From NCBI GenBank assembly GCA_050575255.1, contig JBNZDD010013573.1, positions 934,019 through 998,018 of the forward strand: a DNA stretch of 64,000 nt, read 5' to 3'. This DNA is from Harriotta raleighana. Lineage: Eukaryota. A model generated the notes under the pieces. It searched no databases and was not told the origin of the DNA. It saw only the letters and a list, made by a program, of their open reading frames with translations. The position numbers were made by a program, and so were the translations under genes. Shown piece by piece: positions 40,653-53,374 of the stretch (positions within the stretch are counted from its first letter, which is position 1; each line of letters begins with the position of its first letter).

Positions 40653-41005
40653 NNNNNNNNNNNNNNNNNNNNNNNNNNNNNNNNNNNNNNNNNNNNNNNN
40701 NNNNNNNNNNNNNNNNNNNNNNNNNNNNNNNNNNNNNNNNNNNNNNNNNNNNNNNNNNNNNNNNNNNNNNNNNNNNNNNNNNNNNNNNNNNNNNNNNNNN
40801 NNNNNNNNNNNNNNNNNNNNNNNNNNNNNNNNNNNNNNNNNNNNNNNNNNNNNNNNNNNNNNNNNNNNNNNNNNNNNNNNNNNNNNNNNNNNNNNNNNNN
40901 NNNNNNNNNNNNNNNNNNNNNNNNNNNNNNNNNNNNNNNNNNNNNNNNNNNNNNNNNNNNNNNNNNNNNNNNNNNNNNNNNNNNNNNNNNNNNNNNNNNN
41001 NNNNN
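40653..41005. other. Assembly gap (N run)
   Basis: Continuous Ns. Confidence 0.99.
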
Positions 41006-43104
41006 AACTCGTTGCTTTTTAAAGTCGCGTTTTTTACCTCCCGTCGAATCCAGTGCTGCAATGGCGAAGTTAAGTATAAATAATAATGTACTAATAGAAC
41101 ATTCTGTTATTATTTAGTCCATTATTAATATGGAATGTGTTCAAATAATTTTGAATTTTCTTTTGAAAAAACTATATCTAATAATTCTTTTTTTAATGAA
41201 TCCGTTCAACTGGAAAAAAACGTTTAACTGCCACTGGCCAGGTCCCGTGGGTGCCGGATAAACAAGGTTTTACTGTATAATATAAGAAAATTGAAAAGGC
41301 AAATGATCAAGCATTTATTATTTTATTTAAACACATCAATATCAATAAAACGTAATTTCCAAGTGACCTGACATTTTATTAAAAAAATTCCAAGCAAAGC
41401 AGTTGATATAATCAATTGGAAACAAAATTTCTGGAATTTCAGGCTTAATCTAAATCTAAAGACAAACCCCTTCCTTTCTGCTCCAGAAAATTGTAGCTAA
41501 ACAACAGTTGTATAAAATTATAATCAATTTATGTTGTGATATTGAAACTGAATTTGGGTGACCTGCATAAATTAAATAGAATTAACAAAACATTCAGTAA
41601 AATTAAGAAATCAGGTAATATGCATGCAGACATAATGGCAAAATCCTTAAAACTCACTTAATGGTTGTATATTTTTTCTATTTTTTTAAAGGTTGATATT
41701 TTGTTCAGTAGCAAACATGTTGAACTCGTGATATTAAAGATGACATCTCAGGTACAAAGCTTTGATAGCAAAACAAAACAAAAGCCCTTATTTTCAGTTA
41801 GAATTCAAATACAATTTTATTTTGTGCCTATATGATAAAAGTATAGTTTGATCAAAGTATGTAATTAATTCCATGGTGTAAAATTCAGAAATTATCTGTT
41901 GGTATCAATTGTAAGCCTTTAATCCAATGAACCACATTTACATTTACAACAACTTTGTCTTTTCTGAATGATTGTATTAATACACTTACTACTGTTGATG
42001 CTTGATACTACTGCCACAAATGTCCAAAATAATGCTCGATAGCAATTGCACAGACATTTGACACTAAATTGAATTGTTAGGGATGTGCAAACTGTCCTGG
42101 TTTGAAACCTCATTTGATCTGAACTAAATGGAAAGCTGAAAGCCAGAACCACTAGAATCACAAACTTTACCATATTATGGAAGCATAACCAGGAAGGTAA
42201 TATAGCGTCATCAATTACTTGCTTTACAGTCATTGCAGTCTGCCCGCTGACTTGCAGACACACACATACACAAATGGAAGATTTGAAAGTGCTATGAACC
42301 ATGAATTCTAGTCATGTTTCCATTGCAACACACCAACTAACAGTACTTAACACAGAGAAGAAATAGCTTTCAGAGATTAATCTTTCTGGAATAATTTTCC
42401 AGCTCTCATCCCCACCTCCGAACCATTACTACCATTTTAAGATGCCTGTTTCAGATGCTTCATGAATAAACAGGATAATTCCTCCCATATTGATCTTTTA
42501 AATATCTATTCGATACCGTTGACACTGCCACTCAGTCTGAATTTGCGAGTTTGCAACAACAAAAACTTGCATGTACATTACCTCTCTTTACCCTTTGTTG
42601 CGATGTTGAACGGCCTGCCGAGTTGGGTTGTGAAGGCATAGCCTATTGTAGCTTACAAGAGGGAAATGTGAAAGAGAGAGGCTTCAGGGGAAATGAAGCA
42701 TGTGAAAGAGAGAGGCTTCAGGGGCAATGAAGTTAAGGCAAGGTGGTGAGATTGAATTGATCTCTTTTTCCGTGAGCCAGAGTGGACTTGATGGATTGAA
42801 TGGCCTCCTATCTGCTGTAGATTTCTATGTTTCTTTCCCATAACAATTTGGGATTAAAGACACTTGGATTAAACAAAAATCCACAATTGCTGGCTTGGTT
42901 GATATCAACTGATTCAGCATAGAGAACTTCTGGCTTGATACTGTCAGTACTGGGTCCAGTTGAACTATATTTACCATCTACCCATTTTAAAACCTTAGAC
43001 TGAGCATTTCTGCCTTTCTTTAGAGATTTGTTTTTAAACTTAGCCCTTTCTTTTGGTAACATATCAGGCTCCTGGGTGTTTGAATCGGTTTATACTTGTG
43101 AAAT

Positions 43105-43335
43105 ACAGCAACAACAACTTGGATTTATATAGCGCTCTCCACGCCAAAGACTCCTGGTGCTGAGCCGGCGGAGGGGGGTGGCGGGAGGGGGGTGACCAAA
43201 AGCATGATCATAAATTCTTTAGGCACAACCTGAAAATAGGAAAGGAAGGGGTGAGGCAAAAGGAGTGAGGAAGGGAATTCGAGAGCCTCGGGGCATAGTG
43301 GCTGAAGGCACGGCCGCCAACGGTGGAATGGAGGA
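43105..43335 (-). mobile_element. L2 3' end
   Basis: (CAA)n TTTATATAGCGC tail; GGCTGAAGGCACGGCCGCC. Confidence 0.7.
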
Positions 43336-43814
43336 TTCAGTGCAAACATATATTTAAATAATTAAATAGAAACATGAACGGAAACTGCTGGGATGTTGAC
43401 AAAAGAACACAAGATGAAAAATGAATGAAGTGGCAAAGGGACAATTAAAGACTAGCTCAATAAACTGTAGCAGTAGCAGAGAGGAACATTAGACCCTGGA
43501 ATAAAAGTCAGATGCATCTCAGGAGAAACACGAGTGTCTGAACATCATGACTGATGCTGCAAAATCAGGAAATGAGGATGCTTGGCCTGGGTTGACTCAT
43601 AAGTTATTTTTCGAAGACAAGATATAAAAATAGAATATATTAGGTTTCTTTGGTGCACAGAGAATACAATAGTATTCTCCATTGCCAGAAGTTTAAATCA
43701 ATACTGTGAGATTTTTAGGGTCTTTTTTATTTAGTTGGTTACAGCTATAAATGTTTCCCACCATAAATTATATAGTAGGAAATTGCTGCCAAAATGGATA
43801 GCTAAAACAAAATA

Positions 43815-44190
43815 TATTATAATAATCCTTACATTTGACACAGCACTTTTCACATCTTGTAGATGTCTCCAAGTGCTTCACAGAATATACTGTAAATTGG
43901 ATTGAATGTATATTTGTGGGAAAAAGGCAGCAGCCAATTGTGCACAGCAGTCCCCTTCAAACAGTCGTGGATTGAACGACCAAATTATTTTTCTTTCTTT
44001 CTTGAGGGATTATTATCCACGGAAAAGTGTTCCACCCATTGACTAATAATTGGCGTCCTATTTACGGCCAGGTAAATAGGGGTGTGTGAAATAAGGAAAT
44101 GTGCCTAATGTTTTGCCTTGCTTGGGAATGAAACCAAGGTCTGTCGCTTACAAGGCGAGTCCTCTAACCTCCGAGAGCTATTGACTCAGC
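43815..44190 (-). mobile_element. tRNA-derived SINE
   Basis: ATAATCCTTACATTTGA tail, GCAGCCAATTGTGCACAGCAG core, CTCTAACC head. Confidence 0.8.
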
Positions 44191-44599
44191 ACTCAACACA
44201 GGCAGAAAGTACTACAGCTAGACAAAAGATGTCCGAAATCCAACCACAAATTTACACATTTGGCAGGAATGTGATGCAACAAATTTAATGTATTCATTGT
44301 AACCCAGGTCCCATTTGATGCTCAGGGACATTTTCTATTCATACATCCTTTGGCTACGAAGAATACTTAATAACAGTCTTGGTGGTAGAAGGTGTTGAAA
44401 ATGGGCAATAATAGGTTCACTGGCAGTGTGTTAACTTGTTTCTACTCTGTATAAAAAGGCCTAAAGTTACATGTGCATTATATTATTTTCAGTGCTCTGA
44501 GACTATGTAAATGTACTTGTTGTCCTTGTATAATATATGTATAAACTCTGGAACACTCTTTCTCTATTCTTGTTTTCTTTTTCTCCATTTCACACCCCA

Positions 44600-44960
44600 A
44601 TAGGCAGGTGGAATCATATTCAAATAACAGCTTTCAAAAGGGAATTGGAAAGGTACTTGAAGTGGAAAAATTTGCAAGGTTATAGGGAAAGAGAGGGACT
44701 GATTGGGTAGCTCTTACAAAGAGCTGGCACAGGCACAATGGGCCAAACTACCCCCTTCTGTGCTGAAATATTCTACGATTTTATGCCTTTGCCTTGCCTC
44801 CTCCTTCCCTATCTTCAGGTCAAGCTGAAGATCTTCCTCTTGAACGTGTCTATGTTCAACCCTGCCCCTCTCTCCTGGTTCGGCGTAGTGTTCTGCCACT
44901 GTCAATTGTTCTGGGGACTCTCTGCCTGAGGGGTGCTATGTAAATTCAAGTTGTTGTTAT
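44600..44960 (+). mobile_element. CR1 3' end followed by an L2 tail
   Basis: TTCAAAAGGGAATTGG...GGTTATAGGGAAAGAG...GAGCTGGCACAGGCACAATGGGCC; GCTATGTAAATTCAAGTTGTTG. Confidence 0.75.
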
Positions 44961-45819
44961 ATGAAACTCAAGCCACCCTTTCTATTGATTGAAAAGTCTA
45001 TTGATTTTACATCTGTTGACAATTACATCTTAGACAATTACACATATCTTAACATTGTTTTTTCTGACTGAAGTCAACATTACACCGAAAAAGTATAGTG
45101 GCAACATGGCCCAAAAGAGTGTTACATTACTCTTAACAACACTGTAAAGAATTTCCCTTGTGGATTGCCTAAGAACAAAGTAGAAACATCCATAATGACA
45201 AACTATTGCAGTTAATCAAATGATTTCCCCAACTCATTAGGGAGTTACAAATGGAGATGTGGTGATGAAGGCACAACTTGAGAGATTGATTTTTTTTAAT
45301 GTAACAGATCTTGAAATTTAAAGAATATTGTTCACCTCAAGCTTTATTAAGGATTGAACTTTCAAACGCTAAAGTTTGATTTTTGGAAACACTGGCACCC
45401 AACACTATAAACAGGCCACAATAGAAAATTTGAAATGACTTTTTGGAGAAGGGATGAAAGTTGTTATCATGCAACACTTTGAAGAGCTTTGCAATAGCTT
45501 CCAGCGACTGAGGTATTTAACAAAGAAGGGTGCACAGGAGCAGGCAGTATGTGGCAATGTCAACTCTGAGCGTTAAAGAGAAAATTAAAAAAAATTAGTA
45601 TGAGAGCACTGGAATGCATGTGAGTACACAGCAAGAAAAACTGATCATGAAGTTGCATCAAACCCCCAAAAGTTACTGAATATTTTGGTGCAACAATAGA
45701 TGACTAGATATGCTTCACAATGGTTCTTTGAATGGAATATTGTCTAGAATACAGCGTTATAGCACTTTCAAAGATGGGAGTACCCTATGAAAGCACTAAC
45801 TCCAATTTCACTGCTATTA

Positions 45820-45940
45820 CTTCTGCTACCTCCGAGACTAATTAATTTATCGCAAACTAGAAGTCGAACCTGCGAGCTTCTGGCCTGAATGCTTTGACAC
45901 TGCACAGTTGCTATCCTTAACCACCAGACCAACAGGGAGT
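45820..45940 (-). mobile_element. Old tRNA-like SINE head
   Basis: Reverse complement TGGTCTGGTGGTTAAGG (box A-like) ... GGTTCGACTTC (box B-like); no cloverleaf. Confidence 0.45.
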
Positions 45941-46099
45941 TGAAGGAACATAAAAGAAAATCAGACAGGTACCATGCTCACCTTAACCAAATTGATTATT
46001 TTCTGTTCAACCAAAGTAACCTTGCCCATCAGAATTATTTTCCTCTCCATTTTGTAAACAAAACACAAATGTTAATTGCTCAAATGCTCTGTGTTTGCT

Positions 46100-47156
46100 C
46101 TTAGTGCGGTCTGAATGACTATATTTATTGTACTGTACAGTATAGAGCAGTAAACATGATGCCAATTTAAGGGATATGTCAACAGGCATACAATCAAACA
46201 AAATAGAAATTTTCAATCTGGAAAAGAGTAAGTACCACAAGGTTGATTAATCTGCCTAAATCCAAAGGGAATCAACAATATTTGGTTCTGGTCCGGCCTG
46301 GAATCATTTCAGACTGGTTGGTTCCTTGCACTGGCTCTACCTTTTTCCCTCACTAGAATTAGACACACACTTGGTTTGGACGTTTGGTTAGAATATGTAA
46401 AATTTTCACGTTCTCAAAAATGGAGTGAGTTGCAGTTAAAGCAAATGTCAGCTGCAACCCACCCACTGCACTCCCCACCAAAGCAAACCAAAATAAATAA
46501 TACAATTCGTCATATGTAATACTAGGATATTTGTTAAAAAAAACTGATAAGCAAATTAAGAACCAAGCCAGTAGTTTGAGTAAATCCTGACGTTTCAATG
46601 CGTTTCATTTAGGGTTCAGTTTGCTGTACATCCCTATTCATTTTCAAAGAAACACCTACTGGATCTTTCAAAACTGCTTAAAAATAAGGCCATCTTACAA
46701 AAAAGGTACAGTTACATAGTCAAATATTAAGAAAACTACACTGGGATCTAGAGGTGTCCATCGATAATAGTCAAAATTACGAATCGGCTGAATTCAGCTG
46801 AAAATACTGCAGCAAAGATTGTCAGATGTGCCATACATTTACCAAAACAGAACTGGTATAAAATTAAAAAAAAACTTTAAAAACTGGGATTGTGATTTTT
46901 TTTTCCAACAGCATCAGGTAGGATGGGAGATGCACTCAGCAGCTCTGTTTTACATGGTTTAGTGCAGATAGCTTTCCCTTCCCGATAAACAACAGAAACA
47001 TTGTACAAAGGGTCAGTCAAGAATCCTCAGCGCAAAAACACAGGTAGTGCTGATGCAAAAAATATAATCAGAACACTGTCCATTACATAGAAAAATTAAT
47101 CCTTTTCTTTATACATTTATACAGTGTTTAAAAAAGATACAAGACTAAAGAGTGAT
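46100..47156 (-). other. LRP1B: LRP1B 3' UTR (putative)
   Basis: AT-rich stretch with no recognisable TE between the TAG stop and the AATAAA. Confidence 0.6.
46124..46129 (-). terminator. Candidate LRP1B polyadenylation signal (AATAAA)
   Basis: First AATAAA I found on the minus strand after the stop, about 1.03 kb downstream, with a GT-rich TTTGTGTTTTGTTT element at about 46055-46070. Confidence 0.55.
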
Positions 47157-47297
47157 CTAAGCAACAGTCTCCCTTAAGCCATCTTGTAGTTTCTTTGGGA
47201 GAAGCTCTTTCTTTTCCTCTCTGCTGCCTAAGGAGTTCCGGCAGTTTGGTGCATCCAAGTACAGCTTTGTATAAACGGGATTTGTGTAATTTGTCGG
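47157..47297 (-). CDS. LRP1B: LRP1B last coding exon: [46 protein letters not shown]
   Basis: Acceptor ttttttttatttgacag, phase 0; distal NPVY/YxxL motif, dileucine, LRP1B-type C-terminus RETVA; TAG at 47159-47157; not in the ORF track. Confidence 0.95.
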   Translation of the reverse strand, partial: PTNYTNPVYTKLYLDAPNCRNSLGSREEKKELLPKKLQDGLRETVA

Positions 47298-48187
47298 CTG
47301 TCAAATAAAAAAAAGTATGACGGTTACGTTATAGAATTTTAAATGTCCGCAGTTTCCTTGGAACACCGCAAATCAAGTTGTAAATGTTGAGAACTCACAA
47401 GACAATATTAAATTAACATTTGCTCATTACAAAGGACAATATCTTTATTACTCATTGAAATTGAAAGATTTGAGTTTGCAGCAATGATGGTCCATGGTTT
47501 GAAAATTAATTTGATACTGTGGTGATATTTCTCTATTCGCATCAATCTTTCATAGGAATTTACTATCTTCATTCTCACTTGTGACGTGTTGAACTTGCCC
47601 ACGAACCAAAAATGAGTTTGTTTTATGTTGATATTGCAGTATCAATTTATGAGTTGAAGCAGCAAGATTGTTTGAAATGGATTCATATAGAGAGGAATGT
47701 CTCTTTTTATTAAACACATCAAACACATTTTCTGACACAACGTTTGGCATTTGGAAGCATAGAAAAACTCTTGGGGTGAATACTGTGAATCTCAGCTGAA
47801 TAATTGCTTTAAGACTTACGGGAACAAGTATTAGAACTTACAAACAGAGAATTTTAGTCCCTCCAAGCCATCAACCAATGTTAAAAGCTCAACACACTGA
47901 TGCAAGATAGAGATTCCACTGAAGTGTAAACTATATTTTTCACCTTGCTGAGGAATGTGCATAGATGTGAGTATCTGCACTTTTCACCTATCATTTTGAT
48001 TGTAATCTTGTATTCATACCCTTTTATAACTGAGTTGGCAATCGTTTACAACTACCACACTTTATTTTTAAAAATTCAGAAATTTAAAATATCTCTCTCT
48101 ACTGTACATTAGGTTTCCACCTTAAAATTCTCAGCATATTTCTGTTCCCTAAACACGAAGGGAATAACTACACAAAGAGACACATAC

Positions 48188-48335
48188 CTTTTCTGGATCT
48201 AATGTGAAATCTGGCTCCAACAATTCTCCTGCCCCTTCATGACCAGGTCGAACTTCATACATATTGTATGTTGGATTCCCAATTTCTACATTCATTCCTC
48301 CATTAGTCAATGGATGTCTCCGAACCCTTTTCACA
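48188..48335 (-). CDS. LRP1B: LRP1B cytoplasmic exon: [49 protein letters not shown]
   Basis: ctgttag acceptor, gtatgt donor, 148 bp, phase 2 to 0; proximal NPxY motif (IGNPTY). Confidence 0.95.
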
Positions 48336-48547
48336 CTAACAGGATCATGAAAGCATGTTAACATGAATTCATCATTGCTTTGGGAATCAGTGCTAAAGTA
48401 AGTAGATGTACTGTGACAGGTTCATTAATGATGAGAGTTACAGGACAAAAGCACAACAGAAATAATAAGGTCAAAATGAATAACAGATTTGTGAAGCAAT
48501 TTTTAGTATTAGGTTAGTAAGGCTTGTGTTACAGTTAAGATTCTCAC

Positions 48548-48638
48548 CGTTGACGTCTTTTGCAAATAATTACTCCAACAACTACTGCAATAATCAGAAG
48601 GACCAAGACCACAATTGGCACAATAAATGTGATGTTTC
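48548..48638 (-). CDS. LRP1B: LRP1B transmembrane exon: NITFIVPIVVLVLLIIAVVVGVIICKRRQR
   Basis: ttttctttgcag acceptor, gtgaga donor, 91 bp, phase 1 to 2; hydrophobic helix plus basic stop-transfer. Confidence 0.95.
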
Positions 48639-49149
48639 CTGCAAAGAAAAATCAAAAAATAGATAAAACCCCATTTGGCTGAACTGATGAACCATCATTA
48701 TCTTCGTAATCAGTTTGTGCTAATCCATCAGAACATTGCTTGAGGGGAAAAAAGTGACGGACCAATGTTCCAACTAGAAATTATAAAAAAAAGCTTAATA
48801 ATAATAATCCTGGCATTTGATATAGCGCCTTATCACATTATTGAAACGTCTCAAAGCACAGAATATCTATAATGTGTATTGCACTGTATATTGTGGGTGA
48901 AACCCATTTTAATTACCTAAATCACCAAAGGGCAGTACATGGAAAAGCAAGACACTGAACAGTCTCTGTCATCAAATCTGGGTTAAGAGTAGAGAGAAAC
49001 AAGACTGTCTATGTATTGGATTAAAACCTATTCTGCAATTAAATTGATGGCAAACACCTTTAATTCCACTTACTCACATATGCTTACTATTTAATCTGGA
49101 AGATATGGACCCGTTTTTATTTTTCAACTACTAGCAATTTAAATCAAAT

Positions 49150-49790
49150 CCTTGATTTAAATTGTTCTCACATTCAAAGCCCTCCACAACCTCGCCCCAC
49201 GCTGCTTCTGTGACCTCCTAACCACCTACCAACCTGCCCGCTCACTCTGCTCAGGAGGCTCCAGCCTGCTCCTCGTCCCCTGACCCACCAGCCCCAACAA
49301 TGGCGGGTGAGGCTTCAGCCACTCTGCCCCCAACCTATGGAACTCCATCCTGCAGTCCCTCCGCCTCGCCCCCTCCCTGGCCTCCTTCAAGTCCCACCTC
49401 AAGTCCCTCCTCTTCTATGGTCCCATCGGGCCTAAATCACCCCTCCTATTCTCCTATCTCAAGAGAAAAAAGTCCAAGCATGTTCAGTATACATCCTCTC
49501 AGTTCTGCGATAATCTTTGTGAATCTCCTTTGCACCTTTCTCCAGTGCCTCTATTTCTGTTCTATAATGTAGGGCCCAGAACTTCACAAAGTATTTATTC
49601 TAACCAAGGTTCTATATAAGTTTACATAACTTCTCTGCTTTGAATTTCTATCCTTCTAGAAATGAACCCCAATGCCTAGTTTGCTCTTTTTATGGCCTCA
49701 TTAACCTGTGTTGCTTCTTTTAGTGAATTGTGTATGTGTACCTCTAGATCTCTTTGTTCCTCTACCCCACTTAGGTTTTTTTCTTCGAGG
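49150..49790. mobile_element. Intronic L2 3' fragment (+) joined to a CR1 fragment (-)
   Basis: FKLFSHSKPSTTS-region DNA TTCAAAGCCCTCCACAACCTCGCCCC and CTATGGAACTCC (L2); TTGTGAATCTCCTTTGCACC...TAACCAAGGTTCTATATAAG (CR1 reverse complement). Confidence 0.7.
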
Positions 49791-50149
49791 ACGCATATGA
49801 ATTACATATTAAAGGCTTCTCTAAACATGTCTCAAAATACTGACTAAGAGAATATTTTGATTGGTATTTTTAAAATCATGACCTCTTTGGAGAACAGATT
49901 TTGGAGTCAGCTGATTTTTTGTTCAGATGTAAACTTTCAGCCAGTAGCATCAATCAAGAAGAATAAGACCAGTTTAGGATAAACTGTGTTGTTCAGATAT
50001 ACCATACTTTGATGTTAACAGCTGTCTGGTTATTTGCTAATGATAATTCTATATACAATCAAGAAAGTAACATTAAACATTTGTAGCTTAAATGTTAAGA
50101 TAATACAGTAATAGTAATAATAATCCTTGTAGCATCTTTGTATCTTAAT

Positions 50150-50520
50150 AGTAATAATTTGCATTTGATATAGAGCCTTATCACATCTTCAAGATGTTTC
50201 AAAGTGCTTCACAGAATATATTTCTGTGAATTGATTGTATGTTTTGGGAGCGAAACGCGGCAGCCAATTGCGCAGGGCAATATCCCATTTACACTCTTGA
50301 ACTAAGTGAATAATTTATTATTTTTGTATAGTTTGAAGGGATTATTGCCCCTGGAAAAGTGATCTGGCAATCGATTAACAACTGGGTTCCAACTTGCTGC
50401 GAGGTAAACAGAGGCAAGTGGAGGAAGGAAATTTGGCCATTATTATGCCCTGCGAGGAATCAAACCCAGGTCCTCTTGCTTACAAAGCAAATGCTCTAAC
50501 CACTGAACTACAGGACTCCA
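50150..50520 (-). mobile_element. Intronic tRNA-derived SINE
   Basis: TTGCATTTGATATAGAGCC tail; TGCTCTAACCACTGAACTACAGGACTCC head. Confidence 0.85.
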
Positions 50521-50765
50521 AAAATCTGAGAATTAACCCAGTTACACATATAGGCAGGATCCATTAAAATGCAAATCTGGTTCAATAGACCTGTAGTAAT
50601 GTGGGACCCCTCCCACCCCCCTTTCCCACAGATGTCAATAACCAATTCACACGAGAAATTTCTCACTCTCTCCCCAAGCCAAATTAACACAGAAATCTGT
50701 GAATTAAGATTCTATACCAGTATTAGAAACAACATTAAGATACATTTATAATTTAAAATACTTAC

Positions 50766-50842
50766 TCCTAGTGTTATTCTCAGTTTTGCTGCTCTTGGGT
50801 GCTGGCCTTTCACACTGTGTGCCTGACCATTCAGCTGAACAT
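50766..50842 (-). CDS. LRP1B: LRP1B juxtamembrane exon: [25 protein letters not shown]
   Basis: catttcag acceptor, gtaagt donor, 77 bp, phase 2 to 1; [15 protein letters not shown] matches LRP1B rather than LRP1. Confidence 0.95.
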
Positions 50843-53374
50843 CTGAAATGATCCAATTAAGGACGTAAAATTAATGTAGGGCAGATGTTTGAATGTCCAC
50901 AGGAGAAAGCACCTACAAGATATCAGCAAGTACGAGCAGCATTTGGGAGCAAGCATTGCGGATTAGACAGCAGGTTTATTTAAATAGCTATGCTTCAAGG
51001 AGATGATTAGCACTGTTATAGGCTAACAGCATGCCATGCATAAAAGCAATTCATTTTAAAGGGTATTTAAACATGCTACCAATGGATGATGATTCTGCTG
51101 GAATTCAACATTACAAAGCAAGTGAACAATGTTTGGCAGAAGGTCAAAACCTACTTGCATTGAGGCTCATTAAGTGGTGTTAAAGAGCAAACCCCTCCAT
51201 TTTGACAGTAGTAATCACAAAAGTTCACTTTCTGGTCACATCGATCACTTTTAAACCCCACTGTGCATCTGCAGAGTTATACAAGAACATAACCAGAATT
51301 AAAATGCTGAATATACTGCAGTGTAAATTTATTGACTCCTTTTCTAACCGGCCTTCTTTGAGAACAAGGGTGATGAGATTAATGCAGAAATTACTTTAGC
51401 ATCTATTGCTCAATCCTAATAAAACCAACAATTGAAATGCACTGGGATTGCAGTCTGACAATAATTAGTCTCAGGGGTAAACTTGTTTGTAACTTTTCAC
51501 TAAACATGCTAATGTTATCAATTAAGGATGCAGTTGAGAAGAATAGATGCTTGGATTGTGTTAATTGAAATACCAGGCATGTTGGAAGCTATCAAATCGT
51601 TACATAATTTTGCAAGTACAACATCTGGCTTTGATGACTTCAGATTAGAAAAGGGGAAAGATCAACCATATTTCCCACTTAATCACTATCAACTGATTTT
51701 TCCTGCAAGGTGTGCATGTCTGGAGATCAGCAATGCCCTCACAGATGAATAGCCTGTTGATGCTCACTATCTGGGCTCAGCTACGAAGGATAATGAGTTG
51801 GTGAGGTAATGGGTGGCTGCATACAAAACTGCTCTCTGTACTGCTTTCTGAAGAGGAGGCGGAAAGCACTTTCTATTTTTTTTTACAAAAATCAAGTTAT
51901 AAAATTACACTCACAGTTGCAAACAACGTTAACACATAACAATCCCTTTCAGCAACTTTCAGATTCTATAAATCAACCATTTAGTACTTGAAGAGGCTGA
52001 AACCATTTCACTGATTATGAACACACACGCAGACTAACATAGACAATTACTGTTTAGACTTTGAATTAGGAAAATATTGTGAACCCAATTCTTCTATGTG
52101 TCAACACTGCATTTTAATTCGTCCACATTTTTTCAATTTCTGGGAAGAAGAGGCTAATTAAAAAAAATACATAATTTTTCTTTCCGCTTGATCATAGAGG
52201 TGTGTAGCTCATTCAGCACCCGTTCTTTCCATGTCTTTTAAATTACTTTTAAGCTTTGCTCCTTGTACCAGAGACCCTTTGTTAATGAACTAAATTTCCT
52301 ACTTAAATATAAATCAAAAGGATTACTGTCAGTAAAGAGATAAAATTCCCACATCATCTTCACCAACTTTTCTCTCTCAAGTGAAACATTTAGAAAGAAA
52401 TTGGAAAACACTAGAACAGTGAAAATAGTGTCATTGTTTAACAGTCATTGCTACACTCATTCCTAAATATTGGAGTAAACACCATTGGAGCCTTTTTATA
52501 TGAGAGGATAAGAGCAACATCAACATGCATTTATACAGCACACTTCACACAGGATTGCGTATTGGAGTGCTTGTATATAATAATAATAATAAATACTGCA
52601 TGTGATTTTGTGTTTTATCACGTCATCGAGGCATCTCATACAGGATACACAGTAAAGTGTAGTGACTATTTTGTGGGAGAAATATGTGAGGAGATATAAA
52701 TGAGAGCTGGTGAGGATGCTGCCAAGATTGCATTGGGCTCCATATCTGAAATCTGGCTCTTTTTCCATTCAGATCTTTCTTGTTTACTTGTCGCAATCCA
52801 CTAAATCCTATTATAAATGTTTGCTGCAACATGCTTGCCTTACTTGGCACTGCCTGCACTTCTCTGTAAGAACACAAATAATGACAATTATTTTCTTAAT
52901 TTTGGACACATTACTTGCTAAAATGCCATTCAATTAGTTGCCTTTTACTTATTATGGTTCATCCATTTTACTCCTTAAATTTTCCTGTAATATGTTGCTG
53001 CTTATTTCTTTCAACTTTCCTGTTGTGCAGTTAAAACTAAAGCAAGGTTTACATGCTGTTGACATTGCTGAAAAGATATTTTCAGTTGGGAAATTTATTT
53101 TGTTGGACAAAGCACTTTGGAAGTGTTTCCATACAGCAAATAAGCCAAGAATAAACTGAAAAGTTAGCCATTTGGTTAAAAAAATCTGGTCAGCGTTATT
53201 GATGATGCAAGACAAAAAGAGGAAATCACATCAGTGGCCCATATCAAGCCAAAAGCAATCCGTATGATGCTAAACAGAACTGTTACTCAAATAAAGTTTT
53301 AAAATAACGTAAACTTTAACCACTTTCTGACCAGTTTCCTCAAATCTCTCCAAAAACACATTGTGGGAAGGGAG

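Larger units (their letters stand above)
40134..41275 (-). mobile_element. MITE copy 4, spanning a GA-rich tract and an assembly gap
   Basis: TA-CAGTAAAACCTCATTTATCC ... GCCGGATAAACAAGGTTTTACTG-TA; the right arm matches the left arm of copy 1. Continuity across the gap is inferred. Confidence 0.75.
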
